A stretch of 64,000 nucleotides of DNA. Source: Guillardia theta CCMP2712 (Eukaryota; Protista; Cryptophyta). The stretch is from assembly GCF_000315625.1 (NCBI RefSeq), contig NW_005434610.1, forward strand, positions 136,790 to 200,789. Reading direction: 5' to 3'. The position numbers and the translations under genes are program-made. Every line of letters begins with the position of its first letter. Positions within the stretch are counted from its first letter, which is position 1. Below are positions 12,271-22,325 of the stretch, piece after piece. The notes under the pieces are model-generated. The model was not told the DNA's origin. It ran no database searches and was given only the letters and a program-made list of their open reading frames with translations.

Positions 12271-12753
12271 ACGGTAGTAAACTGAGTACCACTACTGTGA
12301 GTCAGTATCCACTAGAAGTGGCCGGCCCCTGATAATTTGACTAAAAGATATGTTCTGAAATAATTTCATTATAATTTGGCGGTATCTAAGTGTTATAATC
12401 ACTCTATAATAAAAAGTTTTGATATTATTAAAACTCTATAGAGATTAGTACTGACAGTACACAAGAATTAAAAATCCACACATAAAGGAGAGAGGCACTA
12501 CCCACCATCCTGATGATGGGGAAAGCAGGGGGTGTGGTGAAAGATGGGTGTAGCGGATAGGGGGTGTAGGACCAGGAATCAAGGTCGAACATCTATTGGG
12601 GTAGTCAAGTAGGGGTACTTTATTGATTGAAAATATTGAAACATAGGGGGTAGGGTAATATTTGATGCTGGTGAGCATACGATGTGGTGGGGTAGGAATG
12701 GGTGTGGGGACTTTTATGGGTGGGTTGGGGAGATCGAAGGTACAGGAGCCATT

Positions 12754-14134
12754 ATGCGGAGAAGCCTTCTGGTCGGTATGGCAGCGGCGCTCGCGTCAGC
12801 GTCAGGAACACTCGGTAAGAGGCGGGGGGAAGGGGGGAGGGGGATGTACTTGTGCAACGCAGGGAGACACTGGTGCAAAGTTGAGTAGAGGAAACGTGTA
12901 CCGTGCCGTGCAAATGGTGGTCAATGTTGTCTGCAGGGATCTGATGTTTGCTCCGTGTGGTAGCAGTAATAGTATACATGCCGCCCTCGTTTGTTGTGGT
13001 GGTTCAAAATCTCATCTTTGATGAAAATCCTATGGTGATCATGTTCGTGATGTCGAGGAATGGGCATTTTGTACACAGATTGGCTGGGACGAGGGGGGGG
13101 GGGGGGGGATGGGTTCAATAACCACTAGCGGGGCTGTGTCAAGAATTGCGCTTGCGATGAGACGAGTCTTTTGACTTCTTCGGTGCAGCTTTCGCCCCAG
13201 CCTTGCCGTCTGCAACCGTCTCAAGAAATGCGCAGACAAGCGCTTGCAGCCTGAAGGTACTGACGTGCACAGGAACACTTGTTCGATACTGATTGTTGGT
13301 GAAGATGGGTTTGTTCGACGGGTTGTTCGGTGGAGGAAACAAGAACGAACCTCCCCCATCCCAGGCTGCTGTGCCTTCGGAGAGGCTCGCGCCGATCAAG
13401 GGGAAGACCATCGTTACTTTCATGCCTAGCAACCAGCAGGTCTACGCTCGTCCAGGTGCGAGCCTCCGTGTAGTCAGCACTGATCATGAACTTACTTATG
13501 CTGGATATCATAGGCGAGCGCCTTGGAGATGTCGCGCAGAGAGCTGGCATCAACGTTCCGTAAGCATCACGATCTTGACGACCTCTTATCGGTGACTCGT
13601 CGTCACAGGTATGGCTGCCGTGAGGGCGTCTGCGGCACTTGCGAGGCAAAGATGCGTCAGCCCACCGGACAGATCAACGAAGTTCGCGTCTGCAGAGATA
13701 TCGTGCCCAAGACGAACTTGGACTCTCCTGATCGGTACGAAGCAGGAGTCTCCTCCTGCTTGTTTCTCGATCTAACAGCAAACGCAGGGAGAAGATGTGG
13801 GGAGATCTCCGTGGAGGAAAGAAGTCAGTCAGTGAACTCCGTGGAACTCCGGAGGAGATTACCGTCACCTTGCAGGTAACTTGTTATGCTTCCTCCTTCT
13901 CAGAGCTCCTCTGACACCGTATCTTTCGTAGAATCCAAATCTTGCTTTGAAAAGGCAGCAGTCCTGGGAGCAGATCAAGGATCAGGCAAAGCAGAAGGTA
14001 CTGCATTCGCTTGCCCTTGCAAACCTGACTATGACCTGTAGACCAAGGATTGGCTTGATCCTAACTACCAGGCTCCAAGCAAGCGCAACGGTGGGATCCC
14101 TCCCCCACCATCCGGCCCCAAGAAGTGGTTTTAG
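12754..14134 (+). CDS. Plastid-targeted 2Fe-2S ferredoxin-domain protein (multi-exon)
   Basis: Spliced N-terminus MRRSLLVGMAAALASASGTL-AFAPALPSATVSRNAQTSACSLK-MGLFDGLFGG. 2Fe-2S motif YGCREGVCGTC...RVC; ends GPKKWF*. Confidence 0.8.
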
Positions 14135-14249
14135 ATGAGCGATCCAACCATTTCTCGATCCCCCTCTTGCTATTCTTTGTAGAGTCGCAGGAAATGATTG
14201 TAATTTTTGGGATGAAATTTTGTTCACTCTCGGTGCTTGGCGCATGTCG

Positions 14250-14680
14250 GACGGTTCGGCCCGCGGGGCCCGGGTCTGCCTGGGTCTTTCTAGGCCTCCG
14301 TCTGCCGCAGTGCCTGGATCGTCTTTCTGTCACGTCTTTCAAGGCTAGTAGGCTGGCGCGGCCCCTGGCAGGTACTACGGTAGGCTCAGCCGCTGGCCGG
14401 GCCCGTCTGCCACCGTAATGGCACGGTGTTTTGCCGCCAGGCCGGACGGCCCTGGCACTGATGACCCAAGGGTCCGATCACTGGCTGCCCGGCCGCGCCG
14501 CCGGGCCAGCCGCCGCCAGCGGCCTCGGAGCCGCCGGGCCAGACTCAGAGCCGCCGGGCCAGCGCGGCCGCCGGGCCGGGCCGCTCTGCCGGGCCTCTGC
14601 CGCAGCTCTGCCGGGCCAGTGCCTGGGCCAGTGCCGGGCCTTGCCCCGGCTCTGGTCTGCCAGAAAACGCGGTCACCATG
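14250..14680. repeat. GC/palindrome-rich intergenic patch (GCCGCCGGGCCAG-type units)
   Basis: Very high GC with dense CCGG/GGCC/CCCGGG; similar patches at ~12000-12330, 21650-21910, 25000-25760 and 33560-33785. Confidence 0.7.
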
Positions 14681-14982
14681 GCATTCATGCGTGCATGGTC
14701 GCAATCGAGGTAAGGCAACGAGTATGAGGGTGTGGGGAGGAGGAGACGGAGGAGAGTGAGGAGAGGAAGAGGAAGAGGGAAGTAGAAGCAGCTCAGAATC
14801 AGAATCGGAGTCTCATGACTTGTTTGAGATGGCGCTGCCTCATGAACGCATGCTCGAGTCTGTCGAGCGATGGGACTCGGAGCACGTGACGGGGCTGTGA
14901 TGGTGTTCTTTGGGAGTTCTTGCCGTCTTCTGATGTTGTTATCATCGCAGCTGCTTCAAGATTTCAATGAGGTGACAACAAG

Positions 14983-17900
14983 ATGAGAGGACTGGCTTCT
15001 TTCCGCATCGTCGCTGTGAAAGTGTTGGGTAGATCCTTCAAAACTCCTCTGTACGGCTGGTTGGAACGCAACCATGGTCAGAGGAGACACCTGGCTTCTT
15101 ATACAGATCCGGCATCTGATCCGATCAAGTCAGGCATTGACAAAGATTTGAGTGGAAGTTCGGAGCAGGCCTCGAAAGCTCGCGATGATCCTGAACAATC
15201 GCAGTATCAGAAAAAAACGCAGCTTGAGCATGTTCTCCTCAGGCCTGACGTGTACGTCGGGTCCATGGAGCAAGTTACGAAGCAGATGTTGGTGTATGAT
15301 GTCAAATCGAGCTCGGTGCGACTCCGATCCATCTCTTACATCCCTGGCTTGTTGAAAATCTTCGACGAGATCCTGGTCAATGCGGCGGATAACAAGCAAA
15401 GGGACGTAGCGACCAAGCAGATCAAAGTCAAGTTTGACAAGAAGAATGCAACCGTGCAAGTCTACAACGACGGAAAAGGGATTCCTGTGTGCCGGCATGC
15501 AAAGTATGATGACGTGTATATCCCCGAGCTGGTGATGGGAAACTTGCTGGCAGGATCAAACTTTGACGATACCAAGACTCGCCTTGCAGGGGGCAGACAC
15601 GGCTACGGGGCTAAGCTCACCAATATCTTCAGCTCCGTCTTCACTATCGAGACTGTCGATTCTTCTCGGGCTCTCCTGTACAGACAGACTTGGCGAAACA
15701 ACATGACAACCTGCGAACCTCCGACAATAGAAAAGTTGACAGGAAAGGCGGAGGATTATACCAAAGTGACTTTCACGATTGATCTGAAAAGATTCGGGAA
15801 GAAGTCTTTGGACGATGACACGATAGCTTTGTGGGCAAGAAGGGTGGTGGATGTTGCTGGCTGCAACAATGGCTTGAAGTGCTGGATCAACGGCACCTTG
15901 GTCAAGGTTCGAAGTTTCCAAGACCTCATGCTCCTTTACCGCTCTGCGCTCACGCAGGAGAAAGGAGCAGAAGGCGCAAAGGCAGTAGAGGTGATTGAGG
16001 ATAATTCGGGGAGGTGGAAGGTCGCAGTCGGGAGTGCGGTCAATAACTCGTCCAGCGAGCTTTCGATGAGCTTTGTGAACAGCGTGTGGACTTCAAGAGG
16101 CGGTACCCACCTGAAGCACGTACAGGATCTCTTCATAAAATATGTCGCAACGGTCCTCAACAATAAGTACAAGGACCTTGACGTCAACGAAAGGACGATC
16201 AGGAACAACATGTGGATCGGTGTTGCCGCTCTTATTGAGAACCCCTCGTTCGACACGCAAGGCAAGGAGCTGCTCGTCACCCCCACAGAGAAGTGCGCTT
16301 TCTGTTTTCCACACCCACGGGGTTGAGTTTGGCCCGCCAGGTTTGGATCGGAGTTCAAAGTCTCCAGGAAAAAGATGGAGGAAGTCGTTCAAAAGACGGA
16401 GATCGTTGAAAGAATCGTCAAGGCAATCGCATTCAGCTCCGCTTTTTGGTCTGACTTGGTTTGCAGGTGTTGGAAGGAAAGCTAGTGAAGGACTTGGACA
16501 AGAGCTCAAAGACGGTGAGGATGACAAATAGGATGACGACTGTGATGATCATGATAACCATCATGATTTCCCCCAATAAGCTTGTCTGGTGCTGATCAAC
16601 ATGTTGTGAAGATGGGAGCTTGGTCGCAAAAGCGCCTCCTTCTACCGAAGCTCGAAGATGCAAACTGGGCAGGGACAGCCAAGTCAAGGGAATGCACTCT
16701 CATTCTGACTGAGGGAGACAGCGCAAAGGTTGTGGATATGGGTAAGAGGAGGAGGAACTGAAGGGTGGAACAGGCACTTGCAGTCAGCGGGCTTTCGGTG
16801 TTGGGCAGAGACAGGTTCGAAGTCTGAGATCATGCAGGCATGAGTTGCGTGGGATTGTAATCGTCTCAAACAGATACGGTGTGTTTCCTCTCAAAGGAAA
16901 GCTGATCAACGTTCGTGAAGCAACTAACTTACAAGTGAATCGAGAGTTTGGTTGGGTTGGGAATGAGAAGACTTGCCCAGGTGAAGAACAACACTGAGCT
17001 TGCAGCTATCAAGGCTATCCTCGGACTTCAGAACTCGGCGACTTACGACTTGGACAAGAAGGAGAGCTCTGCGTTTCCGCTCAGATACGGCAAAGTCATG
17101 TTAATGACGGACCAAGACCATGACGGGTCTCACATCAAGGGGTTGTTCATCAACATGGTCCGTGAGCCGTTCCCCGACTGTGAGGGGAGGTGACTGATGT
17201 GACGAACAGATACATGCGTACTGGCCTGAGCTGCTGAGATCCAACCAGTTCTTGTTCGAGTTCGTGACTCCGATCGTCAAGGTTTACACGGGAAGCCAAG
17301 ATTTGAGAAAGACCAACAAAGCTTACAAGACCTTCTTCACTCAGATTGGTGGACTTGATGCATGACTGCTACTTGGGATGCTGAATCTAGATGCTCTCAC
17401 CTATGCAGAATTCAAGCAGTGGTGGGACTCGTTGCAGGACAAAGATAGGAATAAGTTTCACATTAAGGTTGAAACTTTTGCTGTTCGTGATGTACAATCT
17501 CACATCGTTGGTCAAGTACTACAAAGGTTTGGGAACAAACACGGCGCAAGAAGGGAAGGAATATTTCAGCAACCTGGAAGTGAGATCCACAGTCTGTCTG
17601 TTGTGACCTGACCCGACCATGATAGTCACATCGATTGAGCTTTGTGTACGATGGAAAGCAAGACGACAACTCAATCACCTTGGCGTTCTCCAAGGTTTTT
17701 AAAGCTCTTTCGAACGAGTGGATGATGGTGAAACATGAAGGATGCGGACGAGAGGAAGAAATGGATTCAAGATCATGCAGACAGGTGGAGCTGAAAGCTC
17801 ATGAAGGAGGGTTGTTCTGTTCGTTCCATGGTGACTCGTGTGCTTGCTAGCGTTGTTAAGGACTTCATCGACCACAGCAAAGACAAACTCTCATTCACAG

Positions 17901-19055
17901 ATTTTGTATACAAAGAACTTGTCCAGTACAGGTAAGAAGAACTCATTTGTCATGGAGCGATTATCTTGCTATGGTTGTGAATGGATTTGACTTTGCGATT
18001 CTCAGCTACGCCAGCTTGCAACGGGCCATTCCTTCGCTCATCGACGGATGCAAACCCTCTCAACGCAAGATCTTGTACGCTTGCTTCAAGCGCAAGTTGA
18101 ACAAGGAGATCAAGGTGCAGGAGAATTGCAGGATGACACTGATGATGATAACAACGATGATGATAATGATGATCACGATGATGATCACGACTTTGATAAT
18201 TACGATGATGATAATGATGATGATAATGATGACGACGACGACGACGACGAAGACGACGACGACGACGACGATTGAGAAGTAGATGATGATAATCTGCAGG
18301 TTGCACAGCTTGCTGGTTACATCTCTGAGCACACAGCATATCATCATGGAGAAAACTCTCTTCACAGTGCCATTGGTGAGATGTGAGGAAGCTGGAGAGA
18401 GGAGGAGGAGGAGGAGGAGGAGGAGGAGGAGGAGGAGGAGGAGGAGGAGGAGGAGGAGGAGGAGGAGGAGGAGGAGGAGGAGGAGGAGGAGGAGGAGACA
18501 GCGTGTGAGTGCAAATAACCAATGATGGCATCAGTCAAGATGGCCCAGCGATTCGTCGGCTCAAACAATCTGCCCCTCCTCTACCCATCCGGTCAGTTCG
18601 GTACAAGACTGCAGGCAATCCTTGCCATCTCCTCCTCCTCCATTTGTTGACGGGAAGACGACAGGGAGGAGAGGACGCGGCCAGTCCGAGATATATCTTC
18701 ACTTCCCTCAACAGCTACACGCGCATGATCTTTCCCGAGGAGGATGACTTGCTGTTGATCCCGCAGTCTGAGGATGGATTGGAGATTGAGCCGAGATATT
18801 ACATCCCGATCATCCCGATGACGCTGGTCAACGGAGCTCAGGTAGAGGAGGGGAGGGAAGAAACATGCGAAAATGGGAGGCCGAGGAGGGACCGGGCAGG
18901 GATTCGATGTGATAAAAGGAGGCAGAGCCTGTTGAAAGAGAATGAAATGAGGAAGACGGTGTAAGAAGGGAAATGATGTCCAGGAGGGAGGATGGCGCGC
19001 CGGAGCAGGTGCAGGTGCAGGTGCAGGTGCAGGAGGAGTAGGAGCAGGTGCAGCT

Positions 19056-19092
<37 letters not shown>

Positions 19093-20795
19093 AATGCTTG
19101 TGGGTTCTCACACAAGGTTCGCAGGGGATCGGGACGGGGTGGTCCACCTCAATTCCCTCCTACAACCCGTTCGAGATCATCACCATCCTGCGCTCGATGA
19201 TCCGCGAGTCGAAGGGGGGCGGGGGAGGGCAGGAGAGCTTGAGGAAGAGCAGGGAACTAGTACCATGGTACGCCGGGTTCAAGGGGACAATCCAGAAGCA
19301 CAAAGACGGGGAGAGGTTCACCTGCTCCGGCTGTTTTGAGGTGGAGGACACGAATCCGCTGCGGATCCGGGTGACGGAGCTCCCCATCGGGATGTGGACG
19401 GAAGACTTCCAGGACCACCTCAACCGGCTCTCGGACAAGACGGAGGACAGAGCTGCGATGATCTCCTCCTACACCACCAACAACTCGGAGGCAGTCATCG
19501 ACACGACGATCACGTTCACGGAGGATGCAGAGAAGAAGCTGATGGAGAGTGGGAAGCTGAACAAGCAGGAGCTGATGAAGGTGCTCAAATTGATCAATCC
19601 CATCAGCCTCGGCAACATGGTCCTGTTCGCTGCTGACGGCAAGATCAAGCAATACTACAACCCTCTTGATATCCTCGCCGATTACTTTCCCGAGAGGATG
19701 AGGCTGTATGAACGCAGGAAGCAGATGCAGGAAGCTCGTCTTGCTGCTCAGGCCATGCGCTTTACCAATCAGGTGGGTCCGATCCTCGTCCCCCTCTCTC
19801 CTTCGACCTCCCCTTTATCCATCCATCTCCCCTTCAAACCCCCTCCCTCTCTTCTTGCTCTCTTTCTGCAGCTCTCTCTACCTCCCTCCCTCCCTCTGCT
19901 CTTCTTGCCGGTTTCTGCCGCTCGTCCTCCCCCTATTGCGTCCTGCAGCTGCAATCCCCGTTCCGCGCTGCTCCTCCTCCTCCGCCAACCTCACTCATGC
20001 ACCAGTATCGCTTTCTCGGAGCGGTGGCCAGCGGGGAATTCAAGTTCGAGGGCAAGTCGAAGGATGAGCTTGAAAAGGAGCTGAAGGAAAAAGGTCAGAA
20101 CGAGCCAGTCCTGGTCTCCTCCTCATCATCCTCATCCTCATCCTCATCATCCTTCTCCTCCTTCTCCTTCTCCTTCTCCTTCTCCTTCTACTACTACTAC
20201 TGCTACTGCTACTACTACTACTCCTCCTTCTATTACTACTCCTCATCCTCATTCCTTTTGCAGGGTTCAACACACAGGAAGAAATTGAGAAGGTCTTCAC
20301 TGAGAAGAAGCATGTTGCAGCGCCCAAGTCAGAAGGAGCCTCGCTCGAGTATGTGTATGCTTCCTCTACCATTCTGCATGTTCACTTCGATGGCGCAGGG
20401 CGGAGGAGGAAGAGGAAGAGGAGTTAAAGGAGAGCAACAATGGGTCTGATGACCTCGCTGTCTCCCCTACACTCACAAGGGTATTGGACAGGTTCGCATA
20501 TCTGCTGCAGATGCCAATGTGGAGCGCAACGAGAGAGCGGAGGGAGAAGCTGAAGAAGCAGGTAAGCTCGACAGGAGGTGAACTCCGCTCCTGATCCGCT
20601 CGACCAGGTGGATCAGGTAGAAGGCGAGCTCAAGCGTTTGAAGGGTGAGAGCAAACAGTTCATTCCTCTGCCCTCCTCCTCTACATCCTCTCCCTCCTTC
20701 TCACTCCTTCTTCCTTAGGGATCTCGCCGGAGGACATCTGGCTTGCTGAACTCGATGCCCTCGAAACGAAACTTGGGACTGTGATTGAATCATAA
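14983..20795 (+). CDS. TOP2: Eukaryote-type DNA topoisomerase IIA, probably organelle (mitochondrion)-targeted, lacking the C-terminal domain; many introns
   Basis: YQKKTQLEHVLLRPD, FDEILVNAADN, GGRHGYGAKLTN, LILTEGDSAK, PLKGKLINV, MTDQDHDGSHIKG, YYKGLGT, DGCKPSQRK, YHHGE, AASPRYIF and GIGTGWST motifs; ends DIWLAELDALE..IES*. Confidence 0.95.
18125..18497. repeat. Intronic (GAT/GAC)n and (GAG)n microsatellites in TOP2, flanking a short exon
   Basis: Seen directly; they flank the VAQLAGYISEHTAYHHGE exon. Confidence 0.9.
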
Positions 20796-20840
20796 CATTA
20801 GTCACTTCTTTCAAGCCTGTTTGGCCCCTGACTGCACTGC

Positions 20841-21499
20841 TTAAGGAGCCGTCACGTCGATCTCAACTTTGGCCTGATATGCATCTTCCTTCTCCCATGA
20901 GCGTCTGACAGCACATCATATCATCATCAGTGTCATCACCACAGACAGACATCCCGTTATCACAACCTGTAGGCCAAGTCTACCACTTGAGTTCCAACAC
21001 TCTTGGCGTCCAACACGAAGACTTGCTTGCCGCCAGCGCCAGGCATCTGAGTGCTTGGAGGGATGAAGTCACTGCTCTTCTTCTGCCATGGCACCATCGA
21101 CGTCAAGAACGGCTGCGCTGCAATCATGCATGGAAAACATTTTCACCTCTAGACCGCTCCCCATCGACTTGATCACCCACATGTAGCCCGTCTGGGGAGA
21201 TGGTCAGCTAAGAATCGCCCTCCTCCTTTTACGACACTTACACTCGGAGTTGAATTCATCTCTATCCTCACGGTTCCATCCTTCAGAACGCTCTACACAC
21301 CAAGTTAGGAGGAACGCAGATACGAACAAACTCAACAAACAGTGCGGTAGTCTGTCTTCTGCTGGTCTATCTGTACAGTTGCTTGGGAGGTAGGAGGAGC
21401 TCCTGATGTTCCTTGTCCTGTCACTCCTCCTGCATTCATAAGAGCCGCCGCTAGTAGCAGCAGCGTCGCTGACATGGCAGCTCTCTGTAGCGGTGCCAT
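20841..21499 (-). CDS. Secreted chagasin-family (I42) cysteine protease inhibitor (multi-exon)
   Basis: Signal peptide MSATLLLLAAALMNAG. Exons read ..PQTGYMW.., MPGAGGKQVFVLDAKSVGTQVVDLAYR-RSWE, matching the chagasin NPxTGYxW / GAGG / YxRPWE loops. Confidence 0.75.
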
Positions 21500-22325
21500 C
21501 TCCTGCAAGTGGTCGTGGTTCTGGGAGGGTGGGGTGGGGTACATGAAGTACCCCTACATCTCCCTTACCCACATAGGGATGAATGGGGTGGTAGATCGAT
21601 TTTGATGCGATTCAGATGTGGCTCATCCCCGCTCTGACCTCTCCGAACTGTGCACGCCGAGCCCGCCCAGGAGTCTGAAGGCCGCAGCACTCGCCGAGTG
21701 CTGCGGGAGTGCCGGGTCACTCCGCCGGTTCCCGGCGCCATAGATGCCCAGACATTACATGCGCTGCTGCTCCTTGATCCTCGTGCCCCTGCCAGACTGA
21801 GATATTCGATCCTTTACTCAAAGCCCGATCTCAGTTTGCCGCCGCGGCACAGTGACTGCCGCTATTAGTAAGTTGTTGACGTTGCCAGTACCGCCGGTAA
21901 CGGCGGTACATTGTTACTTGCAATACTGAGAAGTTTGGCATTTGCACTCAGTTTCTCTGTTGTGACTCTTAAATTTCAACTTGCCTTCACTCTCCCCGGG
22001 GTGCTCCATCAGTTCTTGTTGCTCCCTCTCAGTGAAGGTTGTTCTCTTTCTCAGTCAGTTCTGCTTTCCATGCTTGATGCCCTCAGGACTTCTTGTCATC
22101 TTCACAACAACTCACCATCGCACATGGCAGCACTTCTCAATAGTGCAAGGAGTTGATTCATTTGTACAACTGCCATCTTTCAAAGGTTTATTACAAAAAT
22201 CGAATGCAAGGTGAACATCAGCTGGAGAAGACGAGCGAGTGAAAGAGACTGAGAGGGTCCACCTCAGCCTTGACAGCTCCAGCTCCGCGCTACCTTCGAC
22301 GTCCCTTGCTCATAGCTCTCTCCTC

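Noticed and set aside
14375-14759. Arg/Pro/Gly-rich ORFs in the GC patch
   Set aside because: Stop-poor because of composition; open on both strands with no domain signal.
17947-18568. Poly-Pro/Arg/Ser/Asp/Met ORFs
   Set aside because: Translations of intronic microsatellites within TOP2.
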